64,000 bases of DNA from Ylistrum balloti (taxonomy: Eukaryota). This document shows positions 1 through 12,800 of this stretch, piece after piece. The notes under the pieces are model-generated. The model was not told the DNA's origin, ran no database searches, and was given only the letters and a program-made list of their open reading frames with translations. The translations under genes and the position numbers were made by a program. The stretch is from NCBI RefSeq assembly GCF_031769215.1, contig NW_026782190.1:682001-746000 (forward strand), read 5' to 3'. Within the stretch, counting starts at the first letter, position 1, and every line of letters starts with the position of its first letter.

Positions 1-3000
1 AGTCTATTTAATACCTTATTCAATGTGAGAAAGGATGGGGGCGGGGCTTTTATTAGAGAGGGGGCTATTATTAGAATAAATATAGTATACAGCATATATG
101 TGTACAGATAAAAACCCTAAGATTTACAGAGTGTCTTTTGAAAAGTTTAGAGTTTAGAAAGAAACTGTAACTGAAGGAATAAAGGAAACCTTAATGAAGG
201 TACAGCATATATCATTTTATCTTCTAGAAAACAAAAAATACACTTCTGGTGTAATAACCAGATACTCAGCAGTAAAGGGTTTTACAAAGAGCTTTATTTA
301 CATCAAGTCACAGTCTTAGGATGCTGAGCATTAAGCATAATTATGAAATCAAAAGTGAACATCTTATCAAAAATCTTGCTGTGTCATCATATTTCTTTAT
401 TTGTTAGGTTGCTAGTTTGATAATCAGTGGTAAAATTACAGCATAAACTTGCTTTACTTTGTGAGTTTTTTTTATCAGTTATAAACACAGTTACAGGATG
501 AACATGCTTTACCTTCTGGGTGTGTTTATCGGTGGAAAACACAGTTACAGCATAAACATGCCTTTCCTTAATTTTGAGTTTATGTTATAATATGTGGTAT
601 GTATTATTGTATGTGAGGTGACGGATCAAGGTAATGATGGATGAACATTAGTGATGTTCAAGGCAGGGTAAAACTTACCTAAGTTTCTAGCACATTTATC
701 AGATAAATCATTTATGTTGCCATCTGATATGATATTCACACTTACATTTAGATCATCCTTGTTAAAAATTACCAATAAAGTATTTCAGAATGCAACTTCA
801 ACGAGTAAAAGCTGATTGAAAAGCTAGAAATGTTTAGGTATGTTTTATTTCAGCCTTTTGTTATATTGTGTTATATGATAAGGAAGTTAGCTTTATTTAA
901 AATGTTCAGATAAATATATATATACATTCTATAAATGTCTTCTACAATTATATGTTTACTTTGCTTATTTTATCCCCTGCAGTTTTCTGTTGATGTTTTT
1001 GTACAGACTGTAGCGTATGCATAAAAGTTATTGTATGATATTTTCATGAAATATAATGTGTATATCTGTTTTCGCTTAATTAATTGCAAACTTATATTGA
1101 CTTCAGGAATAGATAACAAAATCCTTCAGATTTTGTTTTGAGGCCAATGTCAGCAATCTCTACCAGCGTTGTCATTCCTTACAGTCTCAATATGTAAGGT
1201 ATACATTGCATCCTAGGAGCAGTTGACTATGTTACTAACTGGAGTATAAAACTTCATACTACATATATAAAATAATAACAACAAGTTAATTTGTTGACAG
1301 CGGCCAAAATTGACAAAGCTGTTTTTGATGACAGGTTGTCCATAAAAAAGGCTTTTGTTTGTTTGATAAAGATGATAAAAGAAAGAAACAAAACAAGAAA
1401 TGGAATATATATTGATCAGGCGATAGCTAAATAAATTTAAACATTAAGTAATGGAAGCAAGGATTATACTTGTGTTATAAAACATATTTTGCTGATAGAG
1501 AAATCCACTTATTGTGTTTATGTTTTTAAAATGTTCTATGAATTTGTTATTTGTACTGCTTTGTACTAATGACTGTGCCAACATGATACTTCTTTTTTCT
1601 GTCATCAATAACCCATCCCCTTAAAAATAGATCTCATACTGTGTTGTTTGTAGACTTCTTTACACTCACAAAAGCAATCCATGATGACTGGTATAGTAAT
1701 TGCCCTTATAGGAGTAGAGAGTGTAAGTCATCATGTTGAGATAGTAATCTGTGTAAGTCCTGTGGAAGCTCACAGTAAATCTGTGTATGCCATGTGGGAC
1801 TGCACAGTTAGTCTATGTAGGCCATCATGTGGAGCCTGCACAGTTCATGTGTGAGCTATATAGAGCCTGCACAGTAGTCTGTGTAAGTCGTGTGGAGACA
1901 ATAGTCAAGATGAGTGGAGAAATCTGTACAAAGAGGTAAAGATCTTAATGTCCTTTCACTGTGCGATTTCATGATGGTTGTGATTAAATTTGTGAACAAT
2001 GTGTTAGAAAAATTGACTCCTGTATAAAAGCTTGTTGTTTCTTTGTATGTTTTTTCCATCATGTTATTTTTGTTGGTGATTACTTAGGTTTAAGCTATTA
2101 TAGAATTAGTCATATTTGGACGAGATGTGACTTTGCTCTTTAATTATTACAAATACAATGAAAAATGAAAAATTATCTTGCTGTTGATAACTTACACAGG
2201 ATCTGGTTTTTTACTTTTCCCATCTTTTGGGTGCTTTGGATTATCAGTCCCTTACAGATAACAAGGAGGACTATAGTTTCGCATTGTGTCCATCCGTCCT
2301 TCCTTCTCTCCCTCTGTCCTTCACTACCTGTCACTGAAACTTGAGGTACATTTTGACCTTTGACCTACACAACAAAGAAAAAGTTGGCCAGAGCTTAATC
2401 ACTTAAAGTGCATTCTTGGCGTATATTTCTAAATTGTCTTATGATTTAGATTGTTATGAACAAACATTACTTTGGTACTAAATCTATTTTGTATGGCCAA
2501 TAGTAAACATAATAGAGGCATACAATAAAGATCTATATTGGTGTGTACATTTCAAATTTGCCAATGTTATTGTTTATTTTAATGGAAAAGGTTCCTATCT
2601 TTCGTTTTCCTTTTTTTGTTTTTGATTCATTGTTCAGCATTTCTTATCACATAATTGGGTTTTTTAAAGTACAATATGTGCTCTGTACTGTGTAGGAGTA
2701 GTCACTTGGTTAATCTGTATTATATTAATAACACTTTACATTGATAGAATTTTTCTACATATATAAAACAATTGTACTATTCACCTTCCTAATGGTAATC
2801 ATTTGCTCATAATAATGAAAAATGTACAAAGTGCAATATGTGTTTTTTTGTGTGATAATACTCACTTGTTGGCAGAAGGTATAAATTCATTAACAGAAGC
2901 AAATAGAGCCTTTGGCAGTTTATTTTCGTTTTGGTAATACATGTAGGCATTGTTTCATTTTCATATTTATTTCTTCGTCAATATGTATATTTTGCTGAAC

Positions 3001-3330
3001 AGTTTCGTTTTGAAATGTGTTACAAATAGTGGTAAATAAATGCTTTTAATATGGGAATATACAATATGTTGTAGTGAAAAGTTTACTCTATGGATGTGTT
3101 AGTAAATCATCACAAAGTTAGGAGTTGTTGTTTGTATGTGTTGAATGTTTTTATGATCAGGTTTGATAAATTAAGGATGTTATGAAGTTATGATATGTAA
3201 TTACACTAAATGTAATCCAAGAGAGAAAGTGTGAGCTTTTAATGTACAAGATATAGAGCCATATAGGGTGATGGTGCTAATTGTATATGTGGTCCCTGTA
3301 GTAGCACTCACCTGTTGCCATGTATACTAC

Positions 3331-3570
3331 TTTACAAATTATACCAGGGGTGAATTAAGGGCCTCTTATTTTACAAATTATACCAGGGGTGAATCAAGGG
3401 TTTCTTATTGTACAAATTTATACCAGGGGTGAATTAAGGGTCTCTAATTGTACAAATTTATACCAGGGGTGAATTAAGGGTCTCTAATTGTACAAATTTA
3501 TACCAGGGGTGAATTAAGGGTCTCTAATTGTACAAATTCATACCAGAGGTGAATTAAGGGCCTCTTACTT
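3331..3570. repeat. 40-bp minisatellite (~6 units)
   Basis: Unit TACAAATTTATACCAGGGGTGAATTAAGGGTCTCTAATTG. Confidence 0.92.
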
Positions 3571-5614
3571 TCAAAGTAAAATTGGATATTTCTTTCATTT
3601 CAGTTTATATACAGAACAAATTACAACTAGATTTAAGTAAAAAATGTTTGTATTTTTTATTGATAAATTACAGTTAGGGTGTATCTACTTTCCTTTTATG
3701 GTTACACAATTTAGCCTTTGCCTAGGATTTCTTTGCATTTGTGTCTGTTAAATTTTCTTTCTTTTTATAAATTCACTAAGTAATAGTTCCCAGGAATGAT
3801 GTTGATTTATATCGTGACATTTTTGATGGGGTTTCATGGGTAGCAGGGGAAGACATCAGAATTAAAGGGACCAACACATCAAAACTGCTGGATGATTATA
3901 AATATTGCACATTGAGATACCAACATTTGAATACTTTTGCACGGCAACACAGGTAGAAGACATTAGGTAGAATTCAATTGATGCAACATAGCATGAGCAA
4001 ATTTTTACTAATGGGTCAGCTAGGGAGTCAAATTTTGCAAGGAAGACTTATTTAGTAAAATCAACAGTACTATGTCATGTAAATCTTTTTTGGATCAATT
4101 TGTTTTTTGAGATATGATCTTGTTGTTTAAAGTAAGGTGGCCCTGAGGTATGTGTAGTGTTGCATGTATCCCTGTCAGGGTGCATACAGTCTTGAAAAGT
4201 CCAGAGTTTTGTTAGGTGTCCTGGAAAAGCCTTAGATTTATATTTGCCATTAAAAAGTCTTTGAATATGTGATTCATTGTTAGAGACTTACACGACTACG
4301 AGTCAATATGCTTTCAGTCCAAACTGGAAGATTGGATCTGTTTATTGGAAGGCAAGGGTTCAAAGACAGAAAATAGGCATATCAGTTCAGAAGATCACAT
4401 GCCAGCAAGAAGCATCAGCCATTGTAAAAATTGTGAATCTTATATTTCTTTATCATGTTCCCTGAAATTAATTTGGACCTTTAATGAAATGGCCTTGAAT
4501 TGAGTTATCAATTCTGTATGCACTCTGCCTGTAGTTATCATTGATTATATAACTGTATATACATGTCAGTATCAAAATAAATCTATTTTGAACATTGATC
4601 TTTTGTTAAGTCATTCTTTATTGTATAAAACCCACACACCATGTCTTCCTGTCTATTGGTAACCAGGGAAAAGGATGCAACTTCGTGACTATGAAACTCT
4701 GGTCTACTAGTGCAAAAACATTGTGATTTTCAAGGTCAAATGCATGAAAAGGCTGGAGCATGATGCCTTCCTTCATTCTCTCCAATGTAGCATGCCATCT
4801 TTGTAGGCTTCAAGCTACCACAAGAAATACTTTGGTCAGTTCTCCAATTTCATAAAAATTTAATCATTAATTCTGAACACAATGAGCTGCCCATCTATTT
4901 GCAAATACAATTATCATGGACCAGAGGTATTTCACTTCATTATAGTGTATTCACTTATGTGGAAAACTTCATGAATAAATTTAATCAAATACCATTTTTG
5001 CCATTGAAGCGCACAAATACTTTTTTGCATTGGTTTGGATGAAATCATTGGAATGTCTGCTGTGGTCTTTGTCAGAGGGTTACACTAGCTTGAATATGAT
5101 GCCATAAGCAAAGGTCAATATCTGAATAATAGGATCTTCTAATCACTCAGATTCCTTTTAAATTGGATAGATTTACAAAATTTAAATCAATATCGTACTT
5201 TCTCCATTTTCACGAAACTGACTGGGACAATCTTTCACACATCATCACCACATCCCTGACCAAAATTGAAAGTCACCAACAGGAGTTGGCTGGTTCATGC
5301 CCAAAATTTTGAAGGGGTCATCACAGGTCAAAATCACCGAGTGTTTAAAGATGATACTGTAGGGCAAAGAACAACCACCGACAACTAGATACGACATATC
5401 AAAAGCAGTCGCTGACAAGTATGATGATGATGTTGCAAGAAAAATGATTCACCATTAAGTTTTGAATATAACACCATAGGTCAAAAGTAAGAAGAGAAGA
5501 GGTCAATTGTGCTTAAATCTACAACCTGAATATAGCATCATATTTTCAAAAGCTTGGTGCCCACTGTCCATATTGCTGTAAAGGTCTTTGATAAGAGGTC
5601 AAGTATCAATAAGG

Positions 5615-6412
5615 TTTTTGTGTCGCCTGCAGAGCTGGCGGACACTTAGGGATCACTTTGTCCGTCCTCGTCCGTACGAAAGTTTTCTGGTCTTTTTTCG
5701 GTAATGCTTGGAGTTATCATAATGAAATTTGGCATATGGCTTTTTGTTGCAAGGGTACAGATTAAGTACGATTCCCAGCTGTCTTTGACACTTTTTGGCA
5801 GAGTTATGCCCCTTCCAACTTAGAAAATTTCCTGGGAATATTGTTTTCCGGACATTTTTGGCTTATGCTTTGAGTTATCAAAATGAAATTTGGCATATGG
5901 CTTCTTGTTGCAAGGGTACAAATTAAGTTTGATTCCTGGCTGTCTGTGACCCTTCTTTGCCGAGTTATACCCCTTTGAAATTCTCTTGTAATATTGTTTT
6001 CCAGATATTTCCCAATTATGCTTTGAGTTAATATAATGAAATGCTGTATATGGATTCTTGGTGGAAGATTACAGATCGAGTTCAATTCTCAGCTCTCTGC
6101 GACTCTTCCTGACCCATTGAACTCAAATTCTTTGGGAATATTGTTTTCTGGAATTTTCTTGGTTTTACTTCAAGTTATGAAAATGCAATTTTTTATAGGA
6201 GTTCCTGGTCAAAAGTTATGCACAGAGTTCGCTTCTTGGCAGCGATATGTTCCTTTGAACTTAAAATTTGCAGTTTTCCCATTATGCTTAAAGTTACAGA
6301 AATGAAATTTGGTATTACAACTTTATGGTTGATCGTTGCACATCCACTTCAATTTCTGAGTGATCGTGACACTTTATGCAGGCGACACATACAGTTCCAA
6401 GGAACTCTTGTA
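5615..6412 (+). mobile_element. Helentron-associated non-autonomous element (HINE/DINE-1-like) carrying ~150-160 bp internal repeats
   Basis: 13-bp subterminal inverted repeats TGTGTCGCCTGCA (5619-5631) and TGCAGGCGACACA (6377-6389), GTCC microsatellite after the 5' end, ~5 diverged internal repeats, 3' hairpin AGTTCC-AA-GGAACT followed by CTTGT. Confidence 0.75.
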
Positions 6413-6737
6413 ATTTTGAACAAGGCATCACAAGTAAAATGATAAAGGTCTTTTACAGAGGCCCTTTGAAAGTCAAAAGTTATGGTCACCGATAAGATGC
6501 CAGTTATAATAACAATTTAAAATATATCAACATGCATCATTTGTACTGCCCAATCTTTTTTCAAATGTAATTTATATATACATATATTCATTTGGAGAAT
6601 AAATTAAGTTGTTAGATGTCATTCTGTGATTCCAATATTCTCTAATATTTCACAACATATTTTCTTTGTTCATATGAGGCCTTTCAATTAAAATTTATTT
6701 TGAAAGAGAATGAACACATTGACAACATCTTGAGATT

Positions 6738-6743
6738 TTTATT
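6738..6743 (-). terminator. Probable RPL4 polyadenylation signal
   Basis: AATAAA on the minus strand ~110 nt downstream of the TAG stop. Confidence 0.5.
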
Positions 6744-6853
6744 TGATGGAAAACTAGTCAAGTCTGCTGCTCTGCTCACATGGTGCTTATAATCAGACTG
6801 TCCTTGGGTTCATTTGGAATTTTCCTTTAAATTTTTGTGAAAAGAAAAAAAAA

Positions 6854-9800
6854 CTACTTCTTTCCCTTGCCCTTGGCGGCTGGTTTGCCCTTAGCAGGAG
6901 CAGATTTAGCCTTGGCTTTAGCAGCAGCCTTAGCTGCCTTGCTTTTGGGAATATTATCAGGTAAAAATTTTCTTGGCTTCATCTGTAATAGAAAGAAGAA
7001 AATATCATAAGTGATGCCATGGTCTACAATAATGCATAATAACTAGAAATGATTGGAGTTGCATAAACAAATATCTGCAGCCATTACATTCATTTATTTT
7101 CTTACACAAAATCTGAAATCCTGGATTAGATGTAAATACTGAATACTGGCAACAAATAGTTGTACCAGACCCAATCCTGGAAAGCCCCCTCCCCCCAAAG
7201 AAGTATTATACACAACTAAGGTAAGGATCAAGGCAAATCTACATATAATTAAGCAGCAATACAAGAATTATCAAAGGTGTTTTATTTGAACAGCCTACAA
7301 TCTGATAAACAAATTTAACTTACTCTATTTCTGGTAATCCTCTTCATCTGACGTCTGTTAAAAAAAAGTTATAATGAAGGTTAAGATAGAAATCATTGAA
7401 ATGTGCAAATTTTCATTACTTAATGTTAAAGTATCACAACATTTATAACTAGAAAAATCACTTTTTATAACTGAACAAATACTAAAAAGCTTTCCACAGC
7501 TATATAAGATTGGAAAAAATTGCATTCACTTACTTTGGAGCTCTTATAGCACACTGGATGGCATCAGATGTTAAAAGTTTTCCAATGTCTGTATTAACCA
7601 TTTTCTGATCAGGTATTCTGGGGAAAAATAAAAAACAAAACATAGAAAACTATCTCTTCATCAATGATTCAATCAAAATATGACAATCAATAAACTTACT
7701 ACATTGCAAATCTTAAGTGATGGCATAAACATTGATATATGTTTGAAATCTATTTAGCAATTATTAAATACTCTGGAAACCAAGGTTAAATAAAGGAAAG
7801 TACTAGCTATAAACCAATACTTAAACTGAAGGCACCAGATGGAAAATGTATTGTAAAGATACTTACTTTACTTTGTATAAATCATCCAATTGTCTGAATG
7901 CACTCTCTGTCCAAATACAGAAACGTCCAACATGGCCACCAGGTGCAATTTTAAGAAGATTCAGACGTGAAACATTTATGAGGGTTATTCCTGGAAGAGA
8001 TGAAATCTATTGTAATACAGCATGTCAGGCTTCAGAGGATCAGTCCAATACTGAAATAGGTACAGTAACTGCCACAAGGAATTTTTTGAATGGATAGAAA
8101 TTACAGATAAAATATTCAAAATTTATAAAGCGTAAATTCTCATTTTTGAGAAGCTTCAGACATGCCCTGTCAGCTATCATTGAGTGATCTCAAAAACACG
8201 GACCAAAGGCAACTCATCATTTGCTTATCCTTTGGCAGTTGAAACTATGAAGATATATTAATTTTCGATCTTAAAGTTTCAAACTCAATATCCTAAATTG
8301 CAAACACAAGGAAATTCCACATTAAAATTTGAAGCAATGCATATATTAATTTTCAGAAATAAACAATTTTTTTTACAGAATGAGATATTTAAAATAACAG
8401 ATACTACATTTAATGTGTCCAGAGTATATTGACAAAACGAAGAGCTTCAGATCAAAAACACGGACCAAAAGGCAACTATAGGATCTTAAAGTGTGGCAAG
8501 TAATATGAAAGGGTCAAAAGAAAATAGCTAGTTAAAACAAACTCAATATCCTAAATTGCAAACATGCTAAGGAAATGTCCACATTCAAAATCCTCAGACA
8601 TGCACAGCAATGCATCACTGATTGATCTAAACAACACTCATCAGAAATAAACAATTTTTTTTACAGAATGAGATATTTAAAATAACAGATACTACATTTA
8701 ATGTGTCCAGATTATATTGACGAAACAAAGAGCTTCAGATATGCCCTGTCAGCTATCATTGAGCGATCTCAAAAACACGGACCAAAAGGCAACTCATCAT
8801 TTGCTTACCCTTTTGTAGCTGAAACTATATTTTCATTTCAAACTTACAGAAACTTTCGGTAAAACTTAAAGAAATATTGATTTTTTGAGGAGACCCAAAA
8901 GGGAGGGACCTTAAAGTGTGGCAAGTAAAATAAAAAGATCACAAGAAAATGGCTACTTCACCCAAACTCAAAATCCTAAAATGTGAACATGCTGAGGAAA
9001 TGTCCAGCTTTTTGAATTCCTCATACATGTTCAACAATGAATCACTGATTGATCTCAAAAACACGCTTGTCAGAAATTAGTGATTTTTTTTTAAAGAATT
9101 AGATAAATAAAATAACATATTACATTTAATGTGTCAAGACTACATTTACAAAATAGCCCTTCAGACATGCCCTGTCAGCTATCATTGAGTGATCTCAAAA
9201 ACACGGACCAAAGGCAACTCATCATTTGGCAGTTATAAACACATATATGTACCTGGGTTTATGCAGAAAAAAAAGCTAACACAATAGGTATGCCAAAACA
9301 TGAAAAACACTTATTTTTGTTTTGAATTCTTTAAGCTCGGAGTACTTTCAAAACACGAGCAAGTCAAAATACAGAACTGGTTTCCAGATGAAATTTCATG
9401 CTACATAACACAAATAAGACAAATTTTACAAACCTGGAATATTTCTAAATGCTTTGGATATGCCATTATCATCTCTGTAAATAACCAGTGGACCTCTGCG
9501 CATAATACGACGTCTGTTCCTCATCTTACCCTTTCCTGCTCTGAAGCGTTTGGAATTGTAAACCTAAAAAATGATTGAATAAATATTATATATTAACCTA
9601 AAAAACACATGTAAAATCAAACTAGTTGTTGTCAATTTATATTTTTACAATTCAAAAAGATCCCAGACAGATCTTGACACCCATCATTACTAGATCTTTA
9701 TTTTTTCTTTGATATTTCCCATTATTTTCTCTTCTTTCCTGTGTTTTTGCCCTTAATTATTTGAAATTTGAAAAAAAAGTAATAATGACAATCTGAACAG

Positions 9801-12800
9801 TCAAATCCAGAACAGTTGCCTGTTGAGAATTTCATTATTCTATCAGTTCAAAACATAAAGGGCACAACCAGGGACCAAAGAGAACCTATAAAATCAAGAA
9901 TGGTCCATCCAGTGCTTCTAGAAATAATAACATAGTTCAGGGACAGATGTAGAACTGATGGATGACTATTCAATTAGTCATCTGATTACTGTTAGCTAAA
10001 AATATATTGAATGTGTAAATCACTTACTACCGATGAAGGGAAGGTGTGAACGACACACTTACTATAGTATTGAACAAAGTATTGATACTATTGTATTGAA
10101 GTATTCAAATAATCGAGTCAAGTATACAACGACCTCTGTGATTGGTCGGGGGCGGAGTTTAGACAACCTGAATAGTTGATCTGACACCCAATTTGTTCCG
10201 GTAGGCGGAGTTAATGTACACTATCAGTTACATAACAATTACTAAGTAATCGCTGGAAAAATGTCCGACGACGGCAACAGTACGCAAAATTTTCTTCGAC
10301 GAAATTATGTCCGATACGAACGATATGGGGAATCCTGTTTTTGTACAAGGCGATGTGGTTGTGATGGATAATTGTGGATTCCATCACCATAGACAGGGAG
10401 AGCGCATTTTAAGAAATATGCTGAAAGAATATGGCGTGTCCCTGGTTTTTCAGCCGCCTTATTCCCCGGAATACAACGTAACTGAATATGTATTCAATGT
10501 CATCGGGCAAATACCCGACTTGTGTCAGAATTTCTGGAACTTGCAGTAGTAAATGCTCTAGATATTCCGCCCAACCAACTTCAAAGATTTTCACATGTTG
10601 CGGATATGTATAATTTTCGATGGAAAGATAAAAAATAAAATAAAAAATATATGGGACCACAGAATTCCTTTATTTTTTAATGCAGTATGAATTATCGGCA
10701 TATATCAGGAGGTCCCAGGTAATTCGTAATTCTTTGTTACATATAATAGCTTGGGCTTAAACCGACATATTTTGAGCCAACCCTCCCCCCCCCCTTTCAA
10801 AAAAAAAAAATAAATAAATAAAACTAGTACAGAATGACTATATGACTATATTCACTGTTAAGATGTTATGAATTCTCCGGTCCCAGTGATCTAACCTGTT
10901 GATATATATTTTGTACGTAAATTAGTTTAGTACTGAGTAACTTTCGTTTTCTCGTTGTACCATCGATGGAAAAGCAAGGTATCATTGGGTGTAGAACGAA
11001 ACAAATGGGACAACCCAATTAGGTCTGATCTGAAGCCACCTGTGACTTGGACTCTTCCAATTAACCTCTCGCGACAGTCGAGTGTTTGTAAAATGCCGAT
11101 GTCTTCACAGTATTTTTTCACCTGGCTCCACCCACAATCGATCTAGACTTGGCTCTGCCAATCAGAGAGCTTGTTGCATAAATTTAAGGAATTCGATTGG
11201 TGAAGTACTTCAGTACAATACTATCAATACTTCGTTCAGTACTACAGTACTTGAAACGTTCACACCTTCCCTTCATCGGTAGTAACAGGAGTGGTAGGGA
11301 GCAAAACAATATAGGCCTAATCATGCATATTTCAGGTGTGCCATGCCAATATCAGAATGTATTCTTCAATCAAGTCATATGTGATATTGAAATATAATGA
11401 AATGACTAATCCAAATTCTGCTTGAGAAGGAAGTGCTTCATCTTATTGCAAAACCTATAAAGCCACAGATTTTCTTCAAAAGATCTCTAAGTATTACTGA
11501 TGTGCCAGAAAAATAATATAGCAAAACTACATGCTTCAATCCCTGGACAAGATTAAAATGCTAAAATAATATTTTGAAAGTTGTAGGTTGAAGTCAATAC
11601 AGGACAGAACAATGAAGTACAATATCACTATTTTCTGACAGACTTAAGCAAAATCAACACTCAATTATTTCTTTATCACTGACATTTTTCATTATCTCAT
11701 TGCGTTTCCATTTGTTGGTTATTAGTTATTTATTTATTATACACTCACATCTAAAGTATTGTATCTGAAGCTATCAAACAGTGTATATATTGTGCTTGTA
11801 TTGCATCTGGGGCCAGTGTACCATTCCAGCACCAATTCCTTATTGTTTGTTATCCTTTAATATTGCTTGCTCACCTTTTGGATGTCACTCCATGCTTTTA
11901 GAGTCTTCAGCAGACTGACGGCCTCCTTTGTCTTTTTAAACTCCTGGACCTTGTCACTGACCACCAATGGTACTTCCTGTGTTTCCTCGATCCTGTGGCC
12001 TGTTTAATACCAACATATTACACAAAGGAATTACTTTTCATATGTGATCCTAGAGGATACCCTTACCCAAAACATTAAATTTGTGTCAGTATGCCCTGTA
12101 AAATATCATAGTGTTCTCAAAAACACGGACCAAAGGCAGATCATCACTCACAAAAAACAAATTATGATTCAGAAAGGTTTGAATTAACAGATTATATCAC
12201 ACCAATAAACTCACACTTGATATCATTAACTTACAATTGGTAAAATGAAAAGATAAGAAAATTGATTACAAAAATAATACTTCGCTTAATTCAATTTTTC
12301 AATTGTTTCCAGTATTGAAATAACAGGCTATGAAAATTCCTCAAGGAACAAATTGATATCCTGAAGAGTCTGTTGTGCTTATGTACCTTTGGACATCACT
12401 AAGGCTGGGATTCCTGTAGCAGCAATAGCTGAACACAGTGCATACCGCCTCTGGTTGATATTAATCCTACGGTGCCACCTACGCCAGGTCTTTGTTGGAG
12501 CGAACATGCGTCCTCCTCGACACATGTTACCAAATGCTCCCTGTCCAGACCTGTGGGTACCACCTCCACGAACACGGGGAATTCGAGCTACGGCACGGCC
12601 AGTTCCCCAGGACTCGGCAGATGTTTGGTGACCTAAAAATTTAATGATTCATTTAAATTTCAGAAAATCTTTTCCTATTTAATTTTTGCTCATATCAGTT
12701 ATAATTAGGTAGATTTAATGTCTACAAGATTTAAAACTCATACACTACAAGAAAATGCATGAGGAGTTATGACTTGCATTTTCATCTGGCAACTTAATAA

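Noticed and set aside
1-87. Possible MITE terminus (GGGGC..TTATTAGAGAGGGGGCTATTATTAGAATAAATA)
   Set aside because: The partner end lies outside the window, so it cannot be verified.
630-1200. Possible spliced non-coding exons (~983-1014, ~1109-1193) and a C/D-like segment at ~633-727
   Set aside because: Splice-like motifs alone are not sufficient; all frames are closed; box C is mismatched and there is no stem.
1856-6442. Short ORFs in the supplied track (60-93 aa)
   Set aside because: They lie in AT-rich or repeat DNA with no recognisable domains or splice support; most other short ORFs in the track are antisense shadows or intron read-throughs of real exons.
11735-11835. Possible H/ACA snoRNA in RPL4 intron 4 (GTGCT/AGCAC and TATACACT/AGTGTATA stems)
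   Set aside because: Upper stems are weak, there is no ACA box, it is short (~100 nt) and no target was identified.
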